A DNA stretch of 64,000 nucleotides from an uncultured bacterium (GCA_963736115.1 CAVTNR010000012.1:160001-224000); one strand, 5' to 3'. Numbered from the stretch's first letter, positions 31,681 to 41,485 are shown. Made by a program: numbers and translations. The notes: generated by a model from the letters alone, not told the origin.

Positions 31681-33381
31681 CTACTCCTCTTCCGGCCGGT
31701 TGTACAGGATGTTCCGCATCATTTCCCTTTTTCGGGCGACCGCTTCAGTGCAGACCTGGCCCTCGCCTGTCACGGCTTCGGCCAGGGTCACGCCCACCTC
31801 CGCCTCTCCTGCCGCTACCACGTCCGCGCCCGCCTTCCGCAGGCCTTCCGCGTCGCGTAAAAGAGCGCACCGCGCCAGGATGCGGATGGCCGGATTGACG
31901 CAGCGGCCGCGCCGGATGATTTCAGCCGCGCCCTCGATGTCCGCGCTCAGGATGAGGCTTCCGGCCTTCTCGATACCCGCTTCCTCGAGCGTGCCCTGCC
32001 TCTGCACGTCTCCGTACATCGCGATGAAACCGCTGGCGCGGAGTTCACGGACCGTGTCCAGGTTCAAATCGATCACGGTCACGACCCGGCCCTGCTCCTC
32101 GAGCACGCGATGCACGATACGGCCGACCGGACCGTAACCGACCAGAATGCAGTGATCCGGATCGACGGACGCGGGTAGAACCGGCTGGGCGGGAGTCAGG
32201 CCCTTCATCCTGGCCGGAATCCGCCGGGCCAGCCGGTAGATAAACGGGTTCAGGCTGATGGAAATCATGGAAGCCGCGACCAGGGCGTTCCATCCGGTTT
32301 CCGGAATCAGACCCAAGCCGAGAGCGACTGTGCCGAGGATGAAGCTGAATTCGCCAACCTGGGAGAAAGCCGCGCCGACCGGGAACGCCAGGGCCGGGGA
32401 CGCGCCCAGCAGGCGCACCGTCGCGATTGCGATCAGCGGCTTGCCGAGTATCACCACGGCCGCCACGGTCGCCACGGTCACCGGTTCATGAATCAGGCTG
32501 GCCGGAGAAAACAGCATGCCCGCGGCCACGAAAAAAAGCACGGAAAAAGCGTCCCGCATCGGCACCGCGTCCGAAGCCGCGCGCGCCGCGAATTCCGACC
32601 GTCCCACGGCCAGGCCCGCGAGAAAGGCGCCGAGCGCGATGGACACGCCGAAACCCTTGGCCGAACCCACGGCGATGCCGATGGCCAGCACCAGCACGGC
32701 CAGCGTGAACAGCTCGCGGAGCCGGGTCCTGGCGATGCGCTCCAGGGCCGGGGGAATCAGCCACCGTCCGAGAACGGCCACGAGAACCGCCAGCCCGACG
32801 AGCTTGGCGGACGCCAGACCGAGCGCCGGAAGAATCCCCCCCTTCGCTCCCGCGGCTGGCCCGAACCAGATCGGCAGGATGAGCAGAAGGGCCACGGTGA
32901 GGATATCCTCGACCACGGTCCATCCGATGGCAATATGCCCGATCGGCGCGTGCAGATCATGGTGCTCGTCGAGAACGAGCGCCATCACCACGGTGCTGGC
33001 CACGGAAACGGCCATGCCGAGGATGATTCCGGAAGTCCAGGACCATCCCTCCAGCCGCAAAAGGGCCGCCAGGCCGAGCGTGGACAGGGTGCTCTGGATG
33101 AGCGCGCCGGGCAAAGCGATTTTCCAGACAGCCGCCAGTTCGGACAGGTTGAAACGCAGGCCCGTGCCGAACAGCAGAAGGATGACGCCGATCTCCGCGA
33201 ACTGTTCCGCGACTTCCCGCTCCACGACCAGGCCGGGCGTGTGCGGTCCGATCAGCATGCCCGCGAGCAGATACCCGACGATCGGCGACAGCTTCAGCCG
33301 GCTGGCGGCGTATCCGAACACCAGGGCGCCCGCGAGCCCTGCGACGAGGGTGGTGAGTATGTTCAGTTCATGGGTCATCAT
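31681..33381 (-). CDS. CPA2 cation:proton antiporter with TrkA-N domain (YbaL-like)
   Basis: SPIVGYLLAG, AEIGVILLLF, SQVGEFSFIL, ILVGYGPVG. Confidence 0.9.
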   Translation of the reverse strand: MMTHELNILTTLVAGLAGALVFGYAASRLKLSPIVGYLLAGMLIGPHTPGLVVEREVAEQFAEIGVILLLFGTGLRFNLSELAAVWKIALPGALIQSTLSTLGLAALLRLEGWSWTSGIILGMAVSVASTVVMALVLDEHHDLHAPIGHIAIGWTVVEDILTVALLLILPIWFGPAAGAKGGILPALGLASAKLVGLAVLVAVLGRWLIPPALERIARTRLRELFTLAVLVLAIGIAVGSAKGFGVSIALGAFLAGLAVGRSEFAARAASDAVPMRDAFSVLFFVAAGMLFSPASLIHEPVTVATVAAVVILGKPLIAIATVRLLGASPALAFPVGAAFSQVGEFSFILGTVALGLGLIPETGWNALVAASMISISLNPFIYRLARRIPARMKGLTPAQPVLPASVDPDHCILVGYGPVGRIVHRVLEEQGRVVTVIDLNLDTVRELRASGFIAMYGDVQRQGTLEEAGIEKAGSLILSADIEGAAEIIRRGRCVNPAIRILARCALLRDAEGLRKAGADVVAAGEAEVGVTLAEAVTGEGQVCTEAVARKREMMRNILYNRPEEE

Positions 33382-33383
33382 TC

Positions 33384-33415
33384 AGTTCATAGTTCATAGT
33401 TCATGGTTCATAGTT
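33384..33415. repeat. (AGTTCAT)n heptamer tandem repeat
   Basis: AGTTCAT AGTTCAT AGTTCAT GGTTCAT AGTT. Confidence 0.85.
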
Positions 33416-33473
33416 GAAAAAAATGTTCCGAGTTACGGGTTCCTGGTCGAAAAAAACCTTTGGAATTGAAGTT

Positions 33474-33517
33474 GTAGGTCCGAAATGGCCCGCTTCCTCT
33501 CGCGGGCCTTTCGGACA
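33474..33517 (+). repeat. GTAG-type REP hairpin, copy 1
   Basis: GTAGGTCCGAAATGGCCCGC-loop-GCGGGCCTTTCGGACA. Confidence 0.8.
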
Positions 33518-33601
33518 ATGAGGATCCCGTGTCTTTCAGGTCGAATATCGCAACGCTTCAATCTTTAATCGCAAATGCTTTTTTCCGGCGGATTCGGACG
33601 G

Positions 33602-35677
33602 CTATTCCCCAGGATGAAATGGATCCTTCCCATCCCACTTTCCTCCTCCCGCGAGAACCATGTACAGGGCGTCGTGCGCCATGGTCTCGAAAATCGTGAA
33701 TTCGGTGAACGAGATGACATCCCTGCAGTCCACGAATTGCCGCTGTTTCGGCAGATCCTTTACGACAGGCAGGGATTTCGCTCTTCCGCCGCCCCATCCG
33801 GCCACGCCCGGCCCAAAAACCGTGAGCCCCGGCTTCGGGCCCATGCCCTTTGCCGCGGTGTAAGCGCTTTCCCGGTCATGGATGTTGTGCACCTGGTGGA
33901 ACCCCAGGCCTGTCACATAGCTGATCCCGACCGGATTCAGGCCCAGCTTGTAGTCCATCAGTTCGGATGCGGCGTCGAGATACCGCTGTTCACCGGTCAG
34001 GCTCCATTGGAGCATGGGACAGCCGGCGTACTGGGGCTGGCGCACATTGTGCCCCCACGCGCGCCCGACCGGATTGTTCCCGACCGGATACGGCCGCTTT
34101 TCGAGCTCCGCGACGATGCTGTCCGCGGCCGCGCGCAATGCCGATCGGAAGAACGCCGCGACAACGGGATCCGTCGGCCGGTTCTTCTCCGCGATATAGG
34201 AATAGATATAGGCCGGGTTGTCGAACCTGAAATCGTTCAGCGAATATCCGGGAGTCGCGAAAAGATGAAAGCGGAGCGAATCCGCGATCGTGTGCAGTTC
34301 CTTCACCGTGCGGTGGGCGTCTTCGTTTCCGGTGAGAAGATACGATTGAACGGCATAGTAGAGTTTCTCCGGTCCGGCCATTTCCGAGGCTCCGAATGCC
34401 GCGGCCATCTCCGCGCGCCTCACGAGCGAGTCGGACAGCTCCGGCTTAAAGGGCTTGATCAGTCGGGCGAGGTGCATGAAAAGACCGGCTGACGAGCAGG
34501 TCGCCCTCGGATCCACTTTCACTGTCCCGTACGGCTTCGTATCCAGGTCGAGCGGCGCCGCGAACGGTTCGGAATATCCCTTGGTTTCGGTTCCGAAATG
34601 AACACTGCCGTCCGGGTTCTGCAGGTACTGCCAGACCAGGGCGCCCCACTCCGCCTCGTCCAGCAGGTCCGGTATGCCGTTCTCGTACCCCAGAATATTG
34701 TACTCGGAATCAAAACGGCCGGGCAGGTCGAACTGACCGTCCGTGAATACGGACGGAAAAGCCTCGTAAATCATCAGGTCGATAATGGGGTTTGAGATGT
34801 GATAAGCGCGCCGGTCCGCGTCACCGGCGTCGTGGTAACCGCCGTAGCAGGCAAAGGACGGTTCGTCCCCTTTCACGATGATGTTGGCCTCGCCGATCGG
34901 GCCGTCCGTGTCGTACACCAAAGTGTGGCAGGCCTTTTCACGGATGGGCGGAACATGGATCGGGCATCCGCATCTCTGCATGGTGTGGCCGCGAAAGAGG
35001 ATATAGGCGGCGCGCCTGGCGAATGCGCCGCCCACGCCGAAAGGATGCGAACAGCCGAAGCCCTTCACCGCGATCCGGTAAGGTCCTCCCTCCGGAACGG
35101 CCGAAAGGTCGATCCGGTAGGGGAAATCGGCCGAACTCGAATCGAAGGCCGCATCCTGAAGCCGTCCCCTGAGAACCGTCTTGCCGGATTCGGATGAAAA
35201 CACCTCAAACTCCGGCAGCGACCCCTCGATGCGCCTGCCCCCGGCCGTACCGAGCCAGATCGACAGCATGGCAAACCTGCGCTTCGACAAACCGCTGTAT
35301 CCGGCCTGGTTGGTCTTGATGGACTCGCAGAACGTCTTTCTGGACCGGAAGACGATGGTCGTGTCGCCGTAGGGCGTCGAAATCGCGTACTGCCTTCCTT
35401 CCTCAAGTTTCCCGGTGCGAAGATAAACGTGATGGTCGCAGGGGTCCGCCTGTGTGGCGAACACACTGATGCTGTCCGCGGGACTGCCGTTGATCCGCCA
35501 TTTCGATGGGTCCGAAACATCCGCTTCGTCGACATGCAGGGTATCGCTGGTCAGAAAAACAACCAGGACCCGGTCGGATGCGGTCCGAATTTCGCGAATC
35601 GTGAGCCCGGCCCAGACGGACGAAAATGAGCAGAGAATGCCGGCAGTACAAACGGTAGTGACAAACCGGAATCGCAT
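33602..35677 (-). CDS. Glycoside hydrolase family 9 with Ig-like N-terminal region
   Basis: Signal peptide; IKTNQAGY; QRCG; GGYHDAGDAD; LGLNPVGISYVTGLG; TEFTI. Confidence 0.8.
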   Translation of the reverse strand: MRFRFVTTVCTAGILCSFSSVWAGLTIREIRTASDRVLVVFLTSDTLHVDEADVSDPSKWRINGSPADSISVFATQADPCDHHVYLRTGKLEEGRQYAISTPYGDTTIVFRSRKTFCESIKTNQAGYSGLSKRRFAMLSIWLGTAGGRRIEGSLPEFEVFSSESGKTVLRGRLQDAAFDSSSADFPYRIDLSAVPEGGPYRIAVKGFGCSHPFGVGGAFARRAAYILFRGHTMQRCGCPIHVPPIREKACHTLVYDTDGPIGEANIIVKGDEPSFACYGGYHDAGDADRRAYHISNPIIDLMIYEAFPSVFTDGQFDLPGRFDSEYNILGYENGIPDLLDEAEWGALVWQYLQNPDGSVHFGTETKGYSEPFAAPLDLDTKPYGTVKVDPRATCSSAGLFMHLARLIKPFKPELSDSLVRRAEMAAAFGASEMAGPEKLYYAVQSYLLTGNEDAHRTVKELHTIADSLRFHLFATPGYSLNDFRFDNPAYIYSYIAEKNRPTDPVVAAFFRSALRAAADSIVAELEKRPYPVGNNPVGRAWGHNVRQPQYAGCPMLQWSLTGEQRYLDAASELMDYKLGLNPVGISYVTGLGFHQVHNIHDRESAYTAAKGMGPKPGLTVFGPGVAGWGGGRAKSLPVVKDLPKQRQFVDCRDVISFTEFTIFETMAHDALYMVLAGGGKWDGKDPFHPGE

Positions 35678-35709
35678 ACAAAGACCTCCTGGGTGTTCTT
35701 CTCAATCCT

Positions 35710-35753
35710 GTAGGTCCGAAATGGCCCGCGCTTCTCAGCGGGCCTTTCGGACA
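35710..35753 (+). repeat. GTAG-type REP hairpin, copy 2
   Basis: Same arms as 33474-33517 with a different loop. Confidence 0.8.
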
Positions 35754-35849
35754 CATTTACGTATCGATCATCAACTATGCGCCAGCCGGATACAAACTCC
35801 TCCGCGGGCGGGCACCGGCACGGGTGAAATAGGTCCGGTCAATTCCAGC

Positions 35850-35874
35850 AACAATGAACCATGAACTCTGAACT
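35850..35874. repeat. Heptamer repeat (reverse complement of AGTTCAT)
   Basis: AACAATG AACCATG AACTCTG AACT. Confidence 0.6.
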
Positions 35875-35878
35875 GTCT

Positions 35879-37582
35879 TCATTTCACCAGCATCATCTTC
35901 CGAACCTGCATCCGGTCCGCGGTGCGGAGCTTGCAGAAATACACGCCTCCGGGAAGTCCGGTTCCGTCGAATTCCGTTTCGTGACGCCCGGCTTCGAGCA
36001 CGCCGTCCAGAGGCACCGCCACCTCGTTCCCGACCGCATCATACAACGAGAGCCTGGCTTTTTCCCGGGACGGGAGGGTAAAGGCGATCTTCGTCGTTGG
36101 ATTGAACGGGTTCGGGTAATTGGGCTCCAGATAAAATCGTTCCGGGACAGGACTTTCATCCCCTTCAATCCCATCCTCCCACGGGCAGTCTCCGGCCGCC
36201 GGTTTGCCGCAGCAGACAGCCCCCGGGGAAAGATAGGCCGTCCCCCACAGGGAGGGATTGTGCCAGGTTGCATCCCCTGTATCAAGCCACCATTTCGAGA
36301 TATGATCGCGCTGAGTCCCGTCGTTGTCGTTCGACTGGATTTCAATGCCGAACTCACGTCCGGCGATGGGTTCGATAAAGAGGCTTGGCAGGGGCAGCTT
36401 GAATTCGAGCGTCCAGCCGTTTGGTTCCACGTTGTCCCGAACAACCAATTCCATGTATCGGCTGTTGAAATAGGATGGGCCAATGATCTGAGAAGGTTCC
36501 GTGAAATGGTGGTTGAATCGAAGCTCCATGTCATTCACGCCGTCGATGGCCGTCCCCTTGCTGTTGTCCCCGTCGATGAAGAATTCGAGTCCGTCCTGTT
36601 CGTAGGTATTGGAGTGCTCGTCTACGATGATGTCGTCCCATACCGTTGCGATGCCGTACAGGTAGCAATCATCCCAAGCCAGTGCCCCATGGAAATAGCC
36701 TTCTCTGTAATTGTCCGGCCATGGGCCCGGGGAGCCGATATTATCAAATGAGTTGGCCTGAAAAAGGCCCGCATATTCCCATACGTCATCCCGGAAACCG
36801 TCGATCACCGGCGGCTGGATGATGTTGGGAATTTCGAGTGTCTCCCCGATCGGCCGGCCGGTCAGGATGGCCGTTCCGAAGGTCGAGGCATTGTTCCACG
36901 ACGGATCGCCTTCGGCCACCCACCACTTGGAAACATGCTCACGGGCCGTGCCGTCATTGTCGTTCTGCTGGAGCTCGAAGCCGATCAGGGACTGCGCAAC
37001 CGGTTCCACGAAAATGCCGGCCAGCGGGAGCTTGATTTCGGTCATCCAGCCCGACGGAGCCTCGGCCGGATTGTCCACGATCGCGAATTCCACGCCGTCG
37101 CGGCCCCAGTAGGACTGGGCCTCGAGCGCCGCGACATCCGCGGCGCCGTGCCCGAAACGAATCTGCAGATCGTTCACGTTGTCATAGGCGCCTTCGGTCT
37201 TCGAATCGTCGCCGTCAAAGTACACTTCCCAGCTGTCACGCTCGTACGTGTTCGCGTGTACGTCCTGGATCACGTCGTCCTGCGTGTAGAGTAGAAGGTA
37301 AATGGCATCGTTATCCCACATCACACGGGACCAGCCCATCAGATCGGTGAAATCGTCGGGAGCCGATGTGCCGTTGGTATAGGATCTCTGAAATACATTG
37401 TCCGCATTATGCCACACGGCATCCATCTCGCCGTCTATCACCGGCGCGACGGTGGTAAACGGAATCTCGTACAGGTCGCCGATCATACCCGCGAAAGCGG
37501 GGACCACGGACGCCGGGATCGCAAAAGCCAGAATCGCGGAAATCCGCAGGTTCAACGCCGACCGGATGATTTGACGTTTCAC
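35879..37582 (-). CDS. Secreted protein, two CBM9-like domains plus T9SS-type CTD (paralog A)
   Basis: AGGAGG then GTG; signal peptide; two 'P.IDG..D..W ... WD...Y ... E.QxNDND' domains; NYPNPFNP...KMMLVK. Confidence 0.85.
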   Translation of the reverse strand: MKRQIIRSALNLRISAILAFAIPASVVPAFAGMIGDLYEIPFTTVAPVIDGEMDAVWHNADNVFQRSYTNGTSAPDDFTDLMGWSRVMWDNDAIYLLLYTQDDVIQDVHANTYERDSWEVYFDGDDSKTEGAYDNVNDLQIRFGHGAADVAALEAQSYWGRDGVEFAIVDNPAEAPSGWMTEIKLPLAGIFVEPVAQSLIGFELQQNDNDGTAREHVSKWWVAEGDPSWNNASTFGTAILTGRPIGETLEIPNIIQPPVIDGFRDDVWEYAGLFQANSFDNIGSPGPWPDNYREGYFHGALAWDDCYLYGIATVWDDIIVDEHSNTYEQDGLEFFIDGDNSKGTAIDGVNDMELRFNHHFTEPSQIIGPSYFNSRYMELVVRDNVEPNGWTLEFKLPLPSLFIEPIAGREFGIEIQSNDNDGTQRDHISKWWLDTGDATWHNPSLWGTAYLSPGAVCCGKPAAGDCPWEDGIEGDESPVPERFYLEPNYPNPFNPTTKIAFTLPSREKARLSLYDAVGNEVAVPLDGVLEAGRHETEFDGTGLPGGVYFCKLRTADRMQVRKMMLVK

Positions 37583-37708
37583 TTTTCCCTCCTTTGGACC
37601 ACGCTTGGGGTCGACCCCGGGATTCCGTGCAGAAAGACGGCTGAAGACGGGACCCTTCCGTCAGAGGGTTCCCCTCTTCTTTCCGTCTTTCTCCTGAAAC
37701 CAGCCGTG

Positions 37709-37746
37709 AAAAAAGCGCCCGCGGCCTTGACGGGCCGCGGGCGCTT
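37709..37746 (-). terminator. Rho-independent terminator between the paralogs
   Basis: AAGCGCCCGCGGCC...GGCCGCGGGCGCTT followed by T6 on the minus strand. Confidence 0.8.
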
Positions 37747-37778
37747 ATAAACTCAGGCGAATAAACCGGAAAACCGGC

Positions 37779-39410
37779 TTATTTCACCAGCGTCATCTTG
37801 GTGGTCATGACGTTGTCCGCGGTCTGCAGCTTGCAGAAGTAGATGCCGCTGGACAGGTTGTTGGCGGTGAACTGGGCGGTGTAGCTGCCGGCGGGCATCA
37901 TGCCGTCCGCCAGAACCGCGACTTCCCGGCCCATCATGTTGAACACCGACAGGCGGACCTTGCCAGCGGACTTCAGGCTGTAGGGAACCGTCGTGGTCGG
38001 GTTGAAGGGGTTGGGATAGTTCTGGGACAGGCCGAAGTTCCGGGCGACCGGAGCCTGCTCGTTCACTGCGGTGGCGATACGCGAGCTCAGGTAGGCCGTT
38101 CCGAATGTGGAGGCATTGTTCCACGAAGGATCGCCGACTTCCGTCCACCACTTGGTGATGTGTTCACGCGCGGTGGCGTCGTTGTCATTGCCCTGAATTT
38201 CGAAGCCGAACTCGGAGCCGGCCACGGGTTCCAGGAAAATGCCGCCGAGCGGGAGCTTGATTTCCAGGTTCCAGCCGAGATCCGTGTCGACATTGACGAA
38301 TTCAACGCCGTCGCGTCCGAAATAGGACTGGGCGTCGATCTGGGAGGCGTCCGTGTAGGCATGGCCGAAACGCAGCTGCATGTCGTTCACGGTGTCGTAC
38401 GCGCCGTCCATCTTCGAATTGTCGCCGTCGAAGTAGACTTCGAAGCAGTCACGTTCCCAGGAGTTCGCGTGCGTGTCCTGGATGATGTCGTCCCAGGTTT
38501 CGATGAAGACATAAAAATTGTCGGCATCCCAAGCGGTCCAAGACTGCGCGAAATTGTCCTCGTAGCTGTCCGGCCAGTTGCCCGGCGAGCCCACATTGTC
38601 GAACGAGTTCTGCTGGAGCGGAGACGCAAACTCAAACCACGCGTCCTTTTCGCCGTCGATCACCATGGGAGCCAGGGTGGTCGGGACTTCCAGGGTCTCG
38701 CCGATCGGACGGTCGGTCAGAATGGCCGTGCCGAAAGTCGAGGCATTGTTCCACGACGGGTCGCCTTCAGCCACCCACCACTTGGAAACGGACTCACGGG
38801 CAGTGCCGTCGTTGTCGTTCTGCTGAAGCTCGAAGCCGATGAGCGAATTCGCAACCGGTTCCACGAAAATGCCGGCCAGCGGGAGCTTGACTTCGGTCAT
38901 CCAGCCCGACGGAGCCTCGGCCGGATTGTCCACAACCGCGAATTCCACGCCATCGCGGCCCCAGTAGGACTGGGCCTCGAGCGCCGCGACATCCGCAGCG
39001 CCGTGACCGAAACGAATCTGCAGGTCGTTCACGTTGTCATAGGCGCCGTCGGTCTTCGAATTGTCGCCGTCGAAGTACACTTCCCAGCTGTCACGCTCGT
39101 ACGTGTTCGCGTGGACGTCCTGGATCACATCGTCCTGCGTGTAGAGCAGAACGTAAATGTTCTCGCTATCCCACATCACACGGGACCAGCCCATCAGGTC
39201 GCTGAAATCATCAGGGGCCGCGGTGCCGTTGGTGTACGTGCGCTGAAAAACCTGGCCGCAGTTGTGCCACACGGCATCCATCTCGCCGTCGATCACCGGA
39301 GCCACGGTTGCCATCGGGATCTCGTACAGGTCGCCGATCATGCCCGCAAAGGCGCCGGTCGACAGAACGAGACAGCTCACAGCGATCAACACTTTCGCCA
39401 TTGATCTCAT
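37779..39410 (-). CDS. Secreted protein, two CBM9-like domains plus T9SS-type CTD (paralog B)
   Basis: AAGGAGAGG then ATG 39410; same architecture; first domain nearly identical to paralog A. Confidence 0.87.
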   Translation of the reverse strand: MRSMAKVLIAVSCLVLSTGAFAGMIGDLYEIPMATVAPVIDGEMDAVWHNCGQVFQRTYTNGTAAPDDFSDLMGWSRVMWDSENIYVLLYTQDDVIQDVHANTYERDSWEVYFDGDNSKTDGAYDNVNDLQIRFGHGAADVAALEAQSYWGRDGVEFAVVDNPAEAPSGWMTEVKLPLAGIFVEPVANSLIGFELQQNDNDGTARESVSKWWVAEGDPSWNNASTFGTAILTDRPIGETLEVPTTLAPMVIDGEKDAWFEFASPLQQNSFDNVGSPGNWPDSYEDNFAQSWTAWDADNFYVFIETWDDIIQDTHANSWERDCFEVYFDGDNSKMDGAYDTVNDMQLRFGHAYTDASQIDAQSYFGRDGVEFVNVDTDLGWNLEIKLPLGGIFLEPVAGSEFGFEIQGNDNDATAREHITKWWTEVGDPSWNNASTFGTAYLSSRIATAVNEQAPVARNFGLSQNYPNPFNPTTTVPYSLKSAGKVRLSVFNMMGREVAVLADGMMPAGSYTAQFTANNLSSGIYFCKLQTADNVMTTKMTLVK

Positions 39411-39773
39411 GTTCCTCTCCTTAAAATAGGATTGTTCAACCACCATCAACATCAGAAAACGATTCCTTTCCCCTTTTCGCGTCCCTCGGAGTCCGGTGAA
39501 AGGGGAAAGGCCCCTCTGAAAAGGCCGGGCTCCATGCTCGCCTCACCTCCTTTCCTGCAATCCGTTCTTTAGATCAGGGGAGTACAGTATATGGCATTTT
39601 GGACGATCCACGGGAAGGCCCGGAACGGGTATTAAAAAAACGGGGATGAATAATCCTGTGGGTCGAGTCGTCATGTCTCTACCGAAACGAATGGACCTTC
39701 CCAACAACCGATTTGTGAAAGATGCCCGGCGGATGCCGCCGTTGGATGGAATTTTATTCGGGAAACGTATGTA

Positions 39774-39802
39774 AGTATACAATATTTTTTGAATTTTGTC
39801 AA
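39774..39802 (-). promoter_or_regulatory. Near-consensus sigma70 promoter
   Basis: TTGACA-N17-TATACT, about 360 nt upstream of paralog B. Confidence 0.7.
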
Positions 39803-40033
39803 GAAAATTTTCGTTCTAAATACTGAAAAAACCGGTGAGTAACACCCGGTCGTAACGCACCATTAACTCAATAATTACAATGCCTTGAATCGTATTTTTC
39901 ATATTATTCGTTATTTTGTTATACAAACGTTTCCGGTGTCCGGGATTTATATCGGCATGCCCGTTTTCGTGGTTTTGACCGGGATTTTCGTTTCGGGTTT
40001 ACAAAACCGGATCCGGATGCATCCGGATAGGCC

Positions 40034-40510
40034 TCAGCGGCGAACCGCTTCAGAGAGGAGCGTTTCGAGTTCTTCTATCTTGAACGGTTTCGAGAGAAAG
40101 GGCACCTGGGTCGATTTGAGGAATTGCATCGTCGGCGTGCTGATCGTATCGCCGGTCACGAAAATGATCCGCTTGAGCATGGCCGGCTGCAGCCGGGCGA
40201 TTTCCTCGTAAAAACGCTGTCCGTTCATGGAGGGCATGAGGAAATCGGAGAGTATGACATCGTAGCGGGTTTCGCGTATTTTATCGAGCGCGGTTTCACA
40301 GCTCGTCACCCATTCCACATCATAACCGAGATGACGCACGATGCGTTGGATGACATACCCCATCACTTCCTCATCGTCCACCGCAAGCACGCGCTTCCGG
40401 CGCTGCGGCTGGCCCGCCGCGGCCCTGGCCGACGGGCCGGTCTGCGGCGTCCTTACACGACCCCCTCCGGGGCCGTTGCGTTCAGGACCTGAAAGCCGGC
40501 TCACGGACAA
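40034..40510 (-). CDS. Single-domain response regulator
   Basis: VLAVDDE...ILSDFLMPSMNG...VTG...KPF; start uncertain. Confidence 0.85.
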   Translation of the reverse strand: MSVSRLSGPERNGPGGGRVRTPQTGPSARAAAGQPQRRKRVLAVDDEEVMGYVIQRIVRHLGYDVEWVTSCETALDKIRETRYDVILSDFLMPSMNGQRFYEEIARLQPAMLKRIIFVTGDTISTPTMQFLKSTQVPFLSKPFKIEELETLLSEAVRR

Positions 40511-41219
40511 CCGCTCCCGCCCGTTCCGGATGCCGGAGCAGAACCGAACGTCGGATCATGATGAAGGGTCGGTCGCCGGACGGTCCGGGACAGGATACCG
40601 CGTCGTGTTCCGCGACCAGGAGCATGGGAACGGCCGGCATCGCCTGCTCGATGCCGTTCAGAAGAATCCAGCGGCCGTCGTCCAGCGCTGCCTCGTCCAG
40701 AACGATCAGGTCGAAGGTTTCCGGATCCTGAATTTTTCCCGAGACGTCCGGCCTCTCCACCCGGTAGCCGGCGCTCTCGAGTGCGGGTTTCAATCGGTCG
40801 TCCTGAAGCCTGTCGAAAAGCAGGATGCGGACAGGGGTCCGCGCCTCAGTACGTTCCGGGCTTTCCCGTCGTTCCGACTGGAGCAGACGCACCAGGTCGC
40901 CCACCGGAAAAGGCTTGGTCAGACGCGGGCAGTTTTCTATGCCGCGGCTATGCCCCTCAAGCGGATCCGCGGCGTATGCGGACATGAAAATGATGGGCAT
41001 GCGGGGATGACGCTCGCGTATGGCCGAAGCCAGCATGTAGCCGTTCATCGGCGTCATGCGGATGTCCGAAACCACGTAATCGCAGGGGGATTCGTCGAGC
41101 AGGCGCAATGCATCCGGCCCGTTCTGAGCCTGCATCACTGAAAAGGAATGCCGCTGAAGGGACAGTGAAAGCGTTTTCAGAACGTTTTTTTCATCATCCA
41201 CGAGCAGAATCGTGGACAT
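40482..41219 (-). CDS. Response regulator receiver plus degenerate second receiver-like domain
   Basis: ILLVDDE...SDIRMTPMNG...KPF; then ILLFD...FDLIVLD. Confidence 0.8.
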   Translation of the reverse strand: MSTILLVDDEKNVLKTLSLSLQRHSFSVMQAQNGPDALRLLDESPCDYVVSDIRMTPMNGYMLASAIRERHPRMPIIFMSAYAADPLEGHSRGIENCPRLTKPFPVGDLVRLLQSERRESPERTEARTPVRILLFDRLQDDRLKPALESAGYRVERPDVSGKIQDPETFDLIVLDEAALDDGRWILLNGIEQAMPAVPMLLVAEHDAVSCPGPSGDRPFIMIRRSVLLRHPERAGAVVREPAFRS

Positions 41220-41255
41220 CGGTGACTCCCAAGTTAAGATACAATAGATATATAG

Positions 41256-41270
41256 ACAAAATCCATGCCA
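41256..41270 (-). promoter_or_regulatory. Candidate sigma54 (-24/-12) promoter
   Basis: TGGCATGGATTTTGT, i.e. GG-N10-GT (consensus ends TTGC). Confidence 0.5.
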
Positions 41271-41376
41271 TCGGGGATAAACGCTGACGTTTATTGATAT
41301 TTAAGAAGTTACGGAGATGTCACAATTCCGAAATTAGGCGGTTCCACAGCGGGGATTGCAGGATGAAATTAAAAAA

Positions 41377-41481
41377 AGTTCATAGTTTATAGTTCATAGT
41401 TCATAGAAAAAGAGTAATCTGTCAGTCAAGTATCCCATCTTTCTCTATTAACTATGAACCATGAACTATGAACAATGAACT
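41377..41481. repeat. Inverted pair of AGTTCAT heptamer arrays forming a long hairpin
   Basis: 41377-41406 (AGTTCAT)4 versus 41450-41481 reverse complement; T7 tract follows on the minus strand. Confidence 0.8.
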
Positions 41482-41485
41482 TGCT

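Noticed and set aside
33384-33517. Repeats as a CRISPR array
   Set aside because: No repeat-spacer periodicity and no cas genes
36840-39345. Diversity-generating retroelement template/variable repeat pair
   Set aside because: Both copies are coding, differences are mostly synonymous and not adenine-specific, and there is no reverse transcriptase in the window
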